From the NCBI GenBank assembly GCA_035559535.1, contig DATMBG010000026.1:62001-126000 (forward strand): a DNA stretch of 64,000 bases. Direction: 5' to 3'. The position numbers were made by a program, and so were the translations under genes. The notes beneath the pieces are model-generated. The model saw only the letters and a list, made by a program, of their open reading frames with translations. It was not told the DNA's origin and did no database searches. Every line of letters starts with the position of its first letter. Within the stretch, counting starts at the first letter, position 1. This DNA comes from Candidatus Limnocylindrales bacterium. GTDB taxonomy: Bacteria > Moduliflexota > Moduliflexia > Moduliflexales > JAUQPW01. Shown one piece after another: positions 1 to 8,565 of this stretch.

Positions 1-553
1 CCTGGGTATTTTTACCGTTCTCCTTTTGTGCGGAATGGGAATTCCGATACCAGAAGATATTGTTCTGATTACGAGCGGGTATTTAGTCTATACGGGATAT
101 ATTCGTCTTTCTTACACAATTCTGGTCTGTCTGGTTGGAGTTGTTTTGGGGGATTTTGTCATTTATCTGATCGGAAAAAGATGGGGGGAACAAATTATTA
201 GTCATCATCGGTTTTCCAGGGTTCTTACCAAGGAGAGGGTCTATAAAGCCAGGGAATATTTTGCTAAATATGGAACCAAGGCGGTATTTATTGCCAGGCA
301 TTTATCCGGACTTCGATTTCCTATCTACTTTACAGCCGGAATGGTTCGAATGCCGCCTGTAAAATTTGTTTTAGTAGACCTGGCCGCGGCTTTTATTACC
401 GTCCCTTTACTTATCTCTCTCAGCTACTATCTCGGAGACCATATCGACCGGTTCATCCATATTGTTAAACAAACCGAACATGCTTTATTGGCAATTATGA
501 TGATCGTGGTATTGTTATTCATTCTAACCCGGCTCAGGAGTAAAGAAGTTTGA
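1..553 (+). CDS. DedA/VTT-domain membrane protein (probably 5'-partial at window edge)
   Basis: GMGIPIPED, GDFVIYLIGKRWG, FAKYGTKAVFIARHLSGLR motifs typical of DedA; frame appears open upstream of the called TTG at 26. Confidence 0.85.
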   Translation, partial: LGIFTVLLLCGMGIPIPEDIVLITSGYLVYTGYIRLSYTILVCLVGVVLGDFVIYLIGKRWGEQIISHHRFSRVLTKERVYKAREYFAKYGTKAVFIARHLSGLRFPIYFTAGMVRMPPVKFVLVDLAAAFITVPLLISLSYYLGDHIDRFIHIVKQTEHALLAIMMIVVLLFILTRLRSKEV

Positions 554-561
554 GAAGCCGT

Positions 562-2061
562 CTAGTGAGGTACCTCTCCCAATTCAGCCAGTATATTTTG
601 GAGTTTTTCTTCATAGTCCCGCTTGAGGGCCAAGAGCTGAAGAGTAAATTCATCCCGAAGTCGAGCATATTCCTTTTCAAAACCCTGAGGCGCAAAGCTA
701 TAAGTTCTGAATCGTAAACAGCCGACGGCAGGCTTGCCGTTTTCATATCGTATTCCAGAAGGCGTGACAGGAGTTGGAGTGTACCAAAGAGTTAAGGCAT
801 TCTCAGGATCGGTTGTAGAGGACTCCAAAGAAAAATAATAGAACTTACCCTGTGAATCCACCAGGGGTGGAAATCGGAAAGTATACCAGAAGCCATCTCG
901 AATGAAGCGGGCATCTGCCTTGATCATCACCAGGTCTTCCTTAGCCTCCGGATCAACTTTCAGTCTAAAAGTCAGATCACAGGTATTCAGCCGGTTGTAA
1001 GCGCCGGGCATGATATCTATTCTGCATAAATTGGGCCGTGTCGCTAAAAATGACTGGCCCACGACCCGCGGATAAAGTAAACTCCCCAGGGTTGCTTCGG
1101 ACTTATCCTGAACTACATCCAAAACCTCCCGTTGTTGATTTTCTTTCCTTACCTGAATTAAATCTAAAAGCAATTGGACAAGTTCCCAGTTGCTCCCTTT
1201 GGGTGGAGAATAGGGGAATGAGGGTAGAGAGGTGTGGGAGTGTGGGAGTGTGGGGGTGTGGGAGAATATACCCCCATACTCCCAGGCTTTCCCCGCCATG
1301 GAGGCAAAGTAAGTTTCAACGGATTTAAGGAGCTCTTGGTTATCTTTTTTCTTTGAAATTAACAGATGACTTCGATAGCCCGGTGCCCGATGGTCTGATT
1401 CATAAAAATGTAGATTGTAAAGTTTATTGATCATCAGGTCCAGGGGTTCAGGATCGTGAAGAGAAAGGATAAAGTGCCGAAGTATCATCATGAAAAGCCA
1501 GTTATATAAATATCCACTGGGAAAGAGGATATAATTCAGTTGTTTTTGTTTTAAAATTTCACAAACCTCTTCCAGCCGGGGCAGACCGTTTTGAAGGTGT
1601 TCGGTCAGAGGGACATTTACCCAACCTGTTTCCCGGATAATAAACTCGTAGAGCAGTTTTTCCGCTATCTGGGTACTTTCTTGATAGAAGGGAGCTCCCA
1701 GGAGTACATAATCCCCGGCGACCCGGAGAAGCTCCTCGATAAAGGTACTTCGTTCATTGGGGTGGATGTGCTCTAAAGTATCACAGGTCATTACTATCTG
1801 GAAGGAGCTATCCGGAAAGGGCAGTTGCGTACCGCTGCCTTTTACATATCCAGGCAGGGGACAATCCACAACGTCAAGAACGGTTACCTTTTCTTCTGAA
1901 AGAAAGAGAGGGGCCGGTAAAAGATCCTCACCCCTGAATCGAAAGTATCCACCCACATCTAGAATGGATAACTTTTCCGGACCTCGTTTTAAGATAGAGA
2001 CGATCTCTTGAGCGTCTCGATAACGTTGATATTGATCAAAGGGAAGCTCGCGTAAATCCAT
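562..2061 (-). CDS. Class I SAM-dependent methyltransferase with C-terminal putative carbohydrate-binding beta domain and coiled coil (candidate glycan cap/terminator)
   Basis: ILDVGG motif I, LPFPDSSF, DTLEHI; C-terminal GQSF...FRFPPLVDSQGKFYYFSLES domain; context downstream of wzm/wzt. Confidence 0.75.
   Translation of the reverse strand: MDLRELPFDQYQRYRDAQEIVSILKRGPEKLSILDVGGYFRFRGEDLLPAPLFLSEEKVTVLDVVDCPLPGYVKGSGTQLPFPDSSFQIVMTCDTLEHIHPNERSTFIEELLRVAGDYVLLGAPFYQESTQIAEKLLYEFIIRETGWVNVPLTEHLQNGLPRLEEVCEILKQKQLNYILFPSGYLYNWLFMMILRHFILSLHDPEPLDLMINKLYNLHFYESDHRAPGYRSHLLISKKKDNQELLKSVETYFASMAGKAWEYGGIFSHTPTLPHSHTSLPSFPYSPPKGSNWELVQLLLDLIQVRKENQQREVLDVVQDKSEATLGSLLYPRVVGQSFLATRPNLCRIDIMPGAYNRLNTCDLTFRLKVDPEAKEDLVMIKADARFIRDGFWYTFRFPPLVDSQGKFYYFSLESSTTDPENALTLWYTPTPVTPSGIRYENGKPAVGCLRFRTYSFAPQGFEKEYARLRDEFTLQLLALKRDYEEKLQNILAELGEVPH
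1232..1284. repeat. GTGTGGGA octamer array with short inverted arm, in frame inside the methyltransferase
   Basis: 4 x GTGTGGG(A/G) at 1232-1263, GAATATA, then CCCCATACTCCCA. Confidence 0.8.
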
Positions 2062-2834
2062 TATTTTACCGGTTCATACCGTTGGGCTAAAACTTCAAAT
2101 TTCTTCACGTTGATCAGCTTATATTTATGGAGGAGATATTCGACAATGAGTTTTAGAATGCCAAATCCATAGATGACGCTGCTGACAAAGCTTGCCGAAG
2201 AGGCTTCCGGGAAGTAGCGGGTAGGAACCGGAATTTCTACAATACGAAATCCGTTGTGGACGGCTTGAAAAATGATCTCTTGATCGAACACGAATTTATC
2301 TGAGTTGAGTTGAAAGGGAAGAGAAGCTAAAAGTTTATGGCTGTAGGCTCGATAACCCGTATGATATTCGGCAAACTTTTTTCCCAAGACCAGGTTTTCC
2401 AGTTTAGTCAGCACTTTATTTCCGATATACTTCCACCAGGGCATTCCCGACTTGAGGGCATTATCTATCAAAAGCCGGGACCCTAGAACCATATCCGCTT
2501 TTCCCTCCTCAATGGGCTTTATCATTTCCGGTATCAATTTAGGATCATATTGATAGTCGGGATGGAGCATGACGATGATATCGGCACCGTCCTTCAAAGC
2601 TTCAATATAACAGGTTTTTTGATTAGCTCCATATCCATAGTTTTTCTTATGGGCAAAGACCTTAAGGTTAAGCTCTTTAGCTAAATTAATTGTACGATCG
2701 GTACTGCCATCATCTACCAAAATAATCGAGCTTACCTTCTCCATGGGAATATCCGAATAGGTATTCCTTAAGGTTTTTTCTGCGTTATAGGCAGGCATAA
2801 CCACTACAACTTTTTTTTCTTTTACTTCAAGCAT
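2061..2834 (-). CDS. GT2 glycosyltransferase, DPM1/polyprenol-phosphate glycosyltransferase-like
   Basis: VVMPAYNAE, LVDDGSTD, NYGYGANQK, MLHPDYQYDP, VLGSR; start placed at ATG 2834 overlapping the upstream stop. Confidence 0.88.
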   Translation of the reverse strand: MLEVKEKKVVVVMPAYNAEKTLRNTYSDIPMEKVSSIILVDDGSTDRTINLAKELNLKVFAHKKNYGYGANQKTCYIEALKDGADIIVMLHPDYQYDPKLIPEMIKPIEEGKADMVLGSRLLIDNALKSGMPWWKYIGNKVLTKLENLVLGKKFAEYHTGYRAYSHKLLASLPFQLNSDKFVFDQEIIFQAVHNGFRIVEIPVPTRYFPEASSASFVSSVIYGFGILKLIVEYLLHKYKLINVKKFEVLAQRYEPVK

Positions 2835-3729
2835 ATATCCCCCCTTTAGACCCAACTACAAGCATCTGGTCTCCTAAGTTGATATGGAGTGGAATCTTAG
2901 AAAGAATCGAGCTTTCAATGAAAGGTTTATATCGTTCTCCGACCACTTTGTAAGCCCAATGGCTCAGATTAAAGGTTCTTCCGATGCTCATCTGCTTTTT
3001 TACTGTAAATCCGGTCTGCTCCAGCAGTAATTTCAGGGTCTTTCTGGAGAAATAAAATAAATGCTCAGGAATAATACACCACCATCTGCTTTTGAAAATT
3101 CTGGCCATGAGGCTTCCAATATCCGGAGTCAGGATGACGATTTGACCTTCCGGTTTGAGAAGTCGGTGGATTATTTCTAAATTACGTCTTGGGTTAGAGA
3201 AATGTTCAATCACATCCAGCAGGGTGATCACGTCAAAATAATTTTCCCGAACGGGATAATCTTCCAGACTTCCACAAAAGATATTTTTGAAACCCAACCG
3301 GGCTTCGATATACTCCACCGCCCATTTAGAAGGTTCAATTCCGTAGATATCATAACCCATTTCCTTTGCGGCACAAAGGAGAATCCCCGTGGAGCATCCC
3401 ACATCCAAAAGTTTTTTACTGGCTCCATCCTGAGATAAGAGGTCTAAGATCCGTTTTGCATTGCCTACCCGGTTCTTAAATTCCCGCAGGTACTGGTCAT
3501 CTTGACCCAACACATACCAATCTAAAATCTCTGACCTGTCCAGGTTGACTTCCTGGAAAATCAAACCACACCCTTCACACCGGAAAATGTTCTTTTGTAC
3601 TCCGGAACTCCGGGTAATTTTATAGTACCCCGGGGGTCTATGGGGAAAGGTCACAGGCTGTTTTTGCCGCTTTTCAGGATATAAAAGACTTATTTTTTGA
3701 CTACCACAAAGAATACAGGCACTTTGCAT
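2827..3729 (-). CDS. Class I SAM-dependent methyltransferase with N-terminal CxxC zinc-ribbon
   Basis: CILC...CEGC, LLDVGCSTG, GIEPS, FDVITLLDVIEH, PEHLFYFS. Confidence 0.85.
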   Translation of the reverse strand: MQSACILCGSQKISLLYPEKRQKQPVTFPHRPPGYYKITRSSGVQKNIFRCEGCGLIFQEVNLDRSEILDWYVLGQDDQYLREFKNRVGNAKRILDLLSQDGASKKLLDVGCSTGILLCAAKEMGYDIYGIEPSKWAVEYIEARLGFKNIFCGSLEDYPVRENYFDVITLLDVIEHFSNPRRNLEIIHRLLKPEGQIVILTPDIGSLMARIFKSRWWCIIPEHLFYFSRKTLKLLLEQTGFTVKKQMSIGRTFNLSHWAYKVVGERYKPFIESSILSKIPLHINLGDQMLVVGSKGGIYA

Positions 3730-3749
3730 GGGAGACCCAGAATTAAGAT

Positions 3750-5045
3750 TCAGGATTCAAGGGATTCTGGCTTTCTAGCCTCTGAATTCTGATCTCTGTA
3801 ATATTCCCATCGAGCCGGAATAGAAATCAATCCGTACCTCTCGGGAGTACCTCCGGGGATAACTTTAAATTTGTGCATTCGGTCCTGGGCGTCGAAGACT
3901 TGTTGACACTCATAATCCCAAACCGATACCAGCAACCAGTAATCACCGGGTAACAGGGGAAGCCGATCAATGATATATTCTACATATCCCCGGTCTTCCA
4001 AATACTCTATCACACGATTATCAAACCTGGTATTAGGTCCGTTGATCTGGATATTATCCTTTTCAGAAATTAATGCAAGTCCAAAAACCGGTTTTTTAAT
4101 TCGCCGATGGGCGACATAGTAGATTCGCGCAATGAACGGATCATGGGTTTTGAACTGACAGGTCTCGTTTCTTTCTTTATCCAGGAAAGTAACCCGGGTA
4201 ATTTCGATTTCTCCCGAACCCCATCTTTTCCCCATCTGGGGCGATGGGTCATCTCTCTGTAGTTCTCCATTGCTGGACGGACCGGTACCTTGTTTTACAT
4301 CCTCTGAGCGGTCAGGTTTTTTAAGGATTTCAACGTAACGGGCAATAACTTCCCGGGTATTTCCCTGGGCTATAAGCTCTCCTTTATGTAAGAGAAGGGC
4401 CCTATCGCAGAAGGTGGAAAGGATATGGAGATCGTGGGATACCAGAATAATGGTTTTCCCCTTATTTTTAAAATCCTGGATTCGCTTAAAACACTCCTGC
4501 TGGAAAGGTAAATCTCCAACGGCCAGGATTTCATCTACCAATAAGATATCCGGATCTACATGGATCGATATGGAAAAAGCCAGGCGCATGTACATGCCGG
4601 AAGAGTAATTTTTTACAGGCTGATCAATAAAACGCTGAAGTCCGGAGAAGGCGATAATATCCTCCAGTTTGTGATGGATCTCTTTCCGTTTAAATCCCAG
4701 AATAGAACCGTTTAAATAAATATTTTCTCGACCTGTAAGTTCTGGATTAAATCCCGCTCCCAGCTCTATCAGCGGAGCTACTTTCCCCTTCACCTCTAAT
4801 TTCCCCTGATCGGGGACCAAAATCCCGGCCAACAATTGTAAAAGAGTACTCTTTCCTGATCCATTCTCACCCAGGATACCCACCGTTTCTCCTCTGTCTA
4901 CTGTAAACGTGATATCCTTGAGGGCCCAAAACTCTTCAGAGATATATCGAGTTCCTTTCAAAAAGTCAATAATTTGTTCTTTGAGCCGGGATACCTTATG
5001 GTGGCGAAGGATAAATTTTTTAGAAACACCCTGTAGAGAGATCAA
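3750..5045 (-). CDS. wzt: Polysaccharide ABC transporter ATPase with C-terminal Wzt_C carbohydrate-binding domain
   Basis: Walker A GENGSGKST, signature YSSGMYMRLAFS, Walker B ILLVDE, C-terminal RWGSGEIEI...LPLLPGDY domain. Confidence 0.93.
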   Translation of the reverse strand: MISLQGVSKKFILRHHKVSRLKEQIIDFLKGTRYISEEFWALKDITFTVDRGETVGILGENGSGKSTLLQLLAGILVPDQGKLEVKGKVAPLIELGAGFNPELTGRENIYLNGSILGFKRKEIHHKLEDIIAFSGLQRFIDQPVKNYSSGMYMRLAFSISIHVDPDILLVDEILAVGDLPFQQECFKRIQDFKNKGKTIILVSHDLHILSTFCDRALLLHKGELIAQGNTREVIARYVEILKKPDRSEDVKQGTGPSSNGELQRDDPSPQMGKRWGSGEIEITRVTFLDKERNETCQFKTHDPFIARIYYVAHRRIKKPVFGLALISEKDNIQINGPNTRFDNRVIEYLEDRGYVEYIIDRLPLLPGDYWLLVSVWDYECQQVFDAQDRMHKFKVIPGGTPERYGLISIPARWEYYRDQNSEARKPESLES

Positions 5046-5063
5046 TTCTAACTAAAGAATAGA

Positions 5064-5137
5064 GGCATGGGGTATGGTGGTATGGGAGTATATTCTCCCT
5101 CCCACACTTCCACACTCCCATCCTTCCACGCTTCCCC
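5064..5137. repeat. Inverted copy of the GTGTGGGA octamer element between wzm and wzt
   Basis: Reverse complement contains GTGTGGAA GTGTGGGA GGGAGAATATACTCCCATAC, matching the 1232-1284 centre. Confidence 0.75.
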
Positions 5138-5923
5138 TTAAATACTTTCAGCAATTCTCACTTCGTGCTTGCTAAAAAACCAATAGCCGGACAGTAAAAC
5201 TCCTAAAGACCAGAGAAACAACTGACCGATCAAAACTATATCCGGAGATCTGGCTTCTAATAAGATCTCACGATAAGCAATAACAAAAAGGGTCATGGGG
5301 TTAAATTTGAATAAAAATTTTACCTTATCTGGAACTAAGTTAAAAGGATAAGCAATAGGTGTCAACCAAAACCACATCTGCAAAAAAACTTCGATTAAGT
5401 GTTTAATATCCCGAAAATAAACGCTTAAACTGGATAAAACCAGGGTGATTCCGGTGATGAAGGTTGTTTGAAGCCCAATAATCAGGGGAAGACAAACCAG
5501 GGAGAATCCCCAGGGAATTTTAAATAAACGTAAGGCTACGAATAAAACCAGGAAGGTCAGGAGAAATTGAACCAGGTTAAATAAAACCAGAGATACGGGT
5601 AAGATTTCCCTGGGGAAGTAGATCTTTTTAATCAGGTGCCGATGATCCACCATGACATTAACGGAGGAGGAAAGGGAAAGCGTTAAAAAGGTCCAGGGAA
5701 GGAAGCCGGTCATAAAAAAAAGGGGAAAATTTTCAACCTCAATCCGAATGACATACTTAAAAGCTACGGAGTAGACCAGGAGCAGCAACAAGGGATTTAA
5801 CAGGGACCAAAAAATCCCCAATATCGATCCCTTGTATTTCACCTTTAGGTCGCGGATAATCAGGTTCAAGATAAGTTCCTGATACGTGAATATTTTTCTA
5901 ATCCTGGTTAAAAAACTCTTCAC
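5138..5923 (-). CDS. wzm: Polysaccharide ABC transporter permease
   Basis: RDLKVKYKGSILGIFWSLLNPL, LIKKIYFPRE, YFRDIKH, FWLTPIAY, NPM motifs; adjacent to wzt. Confidence 0.93.
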   Translation of the reverse strand: MKSFLTRIRKIFTYQELILNLIIRDLKVKYKGSILGIFWSLLNPLLLLLVYSVAFKYVIRIEVENFPLFFMTGFLPWTFLTLSLSSSVNVMVDHRHLIKKIYFPREILPVSLVLFNLVQFLLTFLVLFVALRLFKIPWGFSLVCLPLIIGLQTTFITGITLVLSSLSVYFRDIKHLIEVFLQMWFWLTPIAYPFNLVPDKVKFLFKFNPMTLFVIAYREILLEARSPDIVLIGQLFLWSLGVLLSGYWFFSKHEVRIAESI

Positions 5924-5929
5924 AGTCCC

Positions 5930-5958
5930 AGGATAAATTTTTCATTGGAGTTTGTCAA
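5930..5958 (-). promoter_or_regulatory. Sigma70-type promoter for wzm (possibly leaderless)
   Basis: TTGACA-17-TATCCT ending 6 nt before the GTG start. Confidence 0.55.
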
Positions 5959-5979
5959 TTTCCAATTTCGGAAAGGTAT

Positions 5980-6098
5980 CCGTATCAATTTAGTAGGTTA
6001 AACGTCTCGTTTGACTTTAGGTAGAAAAAGAAACACCCCCTGGAGGGGGTCAGGGGGGGTGTTCAGACAGAAAAGTGATGCCTACTAAGTAGTTACAG
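5980..6098. mobile_element. Short TIR-bounded miniature element
   Basis: Left CCGTATCAATTTAGTAGG vs reverse complement of right end CTGTAACTACTTAGTAGG (14/18); a related left end recurs at 6115-6132. Confidence 0.5.
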
Positions 6099-6164
6099 TT
6101 ACTTCAGAAAGTACCTGTATCAATTTAGCAGGTGGAGGAAGCAACATCCCCTTTCCCCATAGAC

Positions 6165-6336
6165 ACCAGAATAAGCTGAAAAGCCCCGTCAGCAACTGTG
6201 TTAAAAGTCAAAGGGCGAACAGTGGGTAGCTCCCGACGCAAGTCGGGGGATTCAATCTTTCAGAATTTTCTTCAAGCTCCGGAGGAGCGGCCTGTTAAAC
6301 AGGTCGCTCCGCTGAAGCTAACCTTCTTATTCTGGT
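6165..6336 (+). mobile_element. MITE/REPIN-like element, copy 1
   Basis: Perfect 11-bp TIR ACCAGAATAAG/CTTATTCTGGT; internal CCCGACGCAAGTCGGG and CCTGTTAAACAGG hairpins shared with other copies. Confidence 0.75.
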
Positions 6337-6510
6337 ACCTATGGGGTCAGGGGGTTGGGACAATAAAAAAGATACCCTTATGAGCTTCCCTTCCCACATG
6401 CTAGAAGGACCAGGATGAGGCTGGTTCCTATCCTATAAACTTGGTCTTACGATGGGTAACAGTAAGGACAAATCCGTTGATGAGATACAGGAAGAATTAA
6501 AGAGATGGTT

Positions 6511-8565
6511 TCACCGCTCCCTTACCCCTTGCTCCCCCTTTCCTGAAGCTTCAGGAGAGGGGGATGGGAGGTGAGGTGGGGATGGGCTGGAAACCGGGGT
6601 ATCAGATAAGGGCCGGAAAACTTTGAGCGAAATAACCAGGGAGAGGACACTGAATCCATGGATACTTAATAGGATTAGATAAAATATCCCCCTGTTTAAG
6701 GGAAAAGGTTTATTTTGTATCAAACCCTCCACAAAGGTACCAAGGGAAGATTCATACACGGTCCTGAAGGTAAGATCTCCCTTTTCTTCAACTCCATGAA
6801 TCCATAAACTACCGTTTTTATAACGATCTTCGGAATGGCGCCAGGCAGTAATGGCATTTCCGGGTCTGGATTCAGGGGATTCGAGGGAGAAATAATAAGA
6901 TTTTCCTTGGGAATCTGGAATTACCGGAAACCGAAAACGATGATAGGCATTGTTACGAATCTGCCAGGCGGGAAGGGTTTGTGTGAACAGGTCCGTAGGT
7001 GCATCGGGAGTTTCTTTCAGATGAAAGATTATTGGAAAGGTATTGGTTCTGGCGTAAGTAGCTAAAAATACCTCTATTCCGGTTAAGTTCTTTGCCTCTG
7101 CCCGGAAGGTTTGACCGATTTTTTTATCACCAAAGATCTCACCAACCGTTTGATCAAAGGCTAGTTGATGAGATACGACTTGAAAAGGGAAATCATAAAA
7201 GGTGGGCAAGGTATACCTCCAGAAAGTCAGCATATTAAAGGTAAGAAATCCAAGGAGAAAAACCATCGTGAAAGGACGGTATAACCTCTTCGGAACGAGC
7301 TGATAAAGGCCGAGGACTCCGAGAATTGCAAAGGCAGAGATGGCCGGAAAGAGGTAGCGACCCTGGGTAAAAATGGTAAATCCTCCACTATCCAGAAAAG
7401 TACCGAAAAAAACCAGGAAGCAAGCAAAAATCAAAATAAGCAATCCCTGTAGCTGCCAGGTTTCCATTCGGATCTTTCTCTGAAACACCCGGATCCAGAA
7501 TATCATCAAACCCGTCAGGGACAGTATACAGAGTATCTGTAAACCCAGGTACCAGGGATCTGCCAGGGGGTACTTCATCCATCCGAAGGTATACCAGAAG
7601 CTTTGAAAAAGGTGAAGCAGAACCATTTTTATTTGGGGAACAGGAGGTTGAAATAGAAATTTAGAAAGGAATACCGGGATTGCATAGAGCACCGGAATGA
7701 CTCTTTGAGAGAGAGTCTGGATAGCCTCGGGGAAATACCAGATCCCCAAGGCGTATAGGCCTGCCAGTAAAAGAACGACATTTACGACCTTATAAAGAGT
7801 CAGAACCCAGAATCGGAGGCCTTTATGTCTCAGATGATTCCAACTCACAAGGAGTAAAGCTATCCCGGCAAGGGGAAGGGTCATAAAAACGGTTCGCTTG
7901 GTCATTAAACCCAATAGAATGCCAAAACTTAACAAAATCAGCCTGGGCATAGAGATTCCGTCTCTGATTAAAAGGATCAGCAGGTAAATAACGCCGGTAG
8001 CCAGCAGATTGGCCAGACTATCCGGATTTACCGAGGTAGTTACCAGATCAAATTGGGGGAGCAGGCCGATAAAAGCCAGAACGGCTGCTATTCTTTCGGA
8101 CTCATTTCGAAGTAATTCCCTGGCGATAAGATAGCTGAGAAGTAAGGTAACAAGTCCAAAACCCAGGGAAATCCCTCTGACCAGATAAAATTGGGTTTCT
8201 AAGCTCTTTTCACGGGCCGGGGAGAGAAGAAAAGAAACTAAAACATAGTAAAAAGGGGGAGTAATTCCGATCTGAGTTCGACTGACAAAGAGAAAAGGGA
8301 TTTCTGCAAAAGAACCCGGCAGTGGGTCCGGACGGGGAATTTGAACATGTTCCCAGTAGCGATGGCGGTCCATAGACTTAATAATAGCCTGCTGAACCGA
8401 AAGGTTAGGTTGGATCTTCAGTGAAAAGGTTTTCTGATCCAGGAGGATTTTCAGGTATTCAAAATGGGTCGGCTCATCGGGATTCTGCCAGGGAGGTAGG
8501 ATGACCCCATGAGCTATCCACGTTAAGAGAATCACACTAACCAGAGAAATATAAAGTACTTTCAT
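6511..8565 (-). CDS. GT-C superfamily (ArnT/PMT/DUF2142-like) membrane glycosyltransferase with extracytoplasmic beta domain
   Basis: PPWQNPDEPTH first-loop acidic motif, PPFYY, many TM segments, FWYTFGW and QGRYLFP motifs. Confidence 0.75.
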   Translation of the reverse strand: MKVLYISLVSVILLTWIAHGVILPPWQNPDEPTHFEYLKILLDQKTFSLKIQPNLSVQQAIIKSMDRHRYWEHVQIPRPDPLPGSFAEIPFLFVSRTQIGITPPFYYVLVSFLLSPAREKSLETQFYLVRGISLGFGLVTLLLSYLIARELLRNESERIAAVLAFIGLLPQFDLVTTSVNPDSLANLLATGVIYLLILLIRDGISMPRLILLSFGILLGLMTKRTVFMTLPLAGIALLLVSWNHLRHKGLRFWVLTLYKVVNVVLLLAGLYALGIWYFPEAIQTLSQRVIPVLYAIPVFLSKFLFQPPVPQIKMVLLHLFQSFWYTFGWMKYPLADPWYLGLQILCILSLTGLMIFWIRVFQRKIRMETWQLQGLLILIFACFLVFFGTFLDSGGFTIFTQGRYLFPAISAFAILGVLGLYQLVPKRLYRPFTMVFLLGFLTFNMLTFWRYTLPTFYDFPFQVVSHQLAFDQTVGEIFGDKKIGQTFRAEAKNLTGIEVFLATYARTNTFPIIFHLKETPDAPTDLFTQTLPAWQIRNNAYHRFRFPVIPDSQGKSYYFSLESPESRPGNAITAWRHSEDRYKNGSLWIHGVEEKGDLTFRTVYESSLGTFVEGLIQNKPFPLNRGIFYLILLSIHGFSVLSLVISLKVFRPLSDTPVSSPSPPHLPSPSPEASGKGEQGVRER
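6533..6564. repeat. CCCCCT(C/T)TCCTGAAGCTTCAGGAGAGGGGG palindrome in the GT-C 3' end
   Basis: One mismatch to the perfect palindrome at 28649-28678. Confidence 0.8.

Noticed and set aside
3735-3815. Heptamer-like ATTCTG(A/G) repeats at the wzt 3' end
   Set aside because: Too degenerate, with no second copy noticed in the window
2811-5721. 8-nt homopolymers in GT2 and wzm as phase-variation tracts
   Set aside because: Short A/T runs are common here and both genes are in frame
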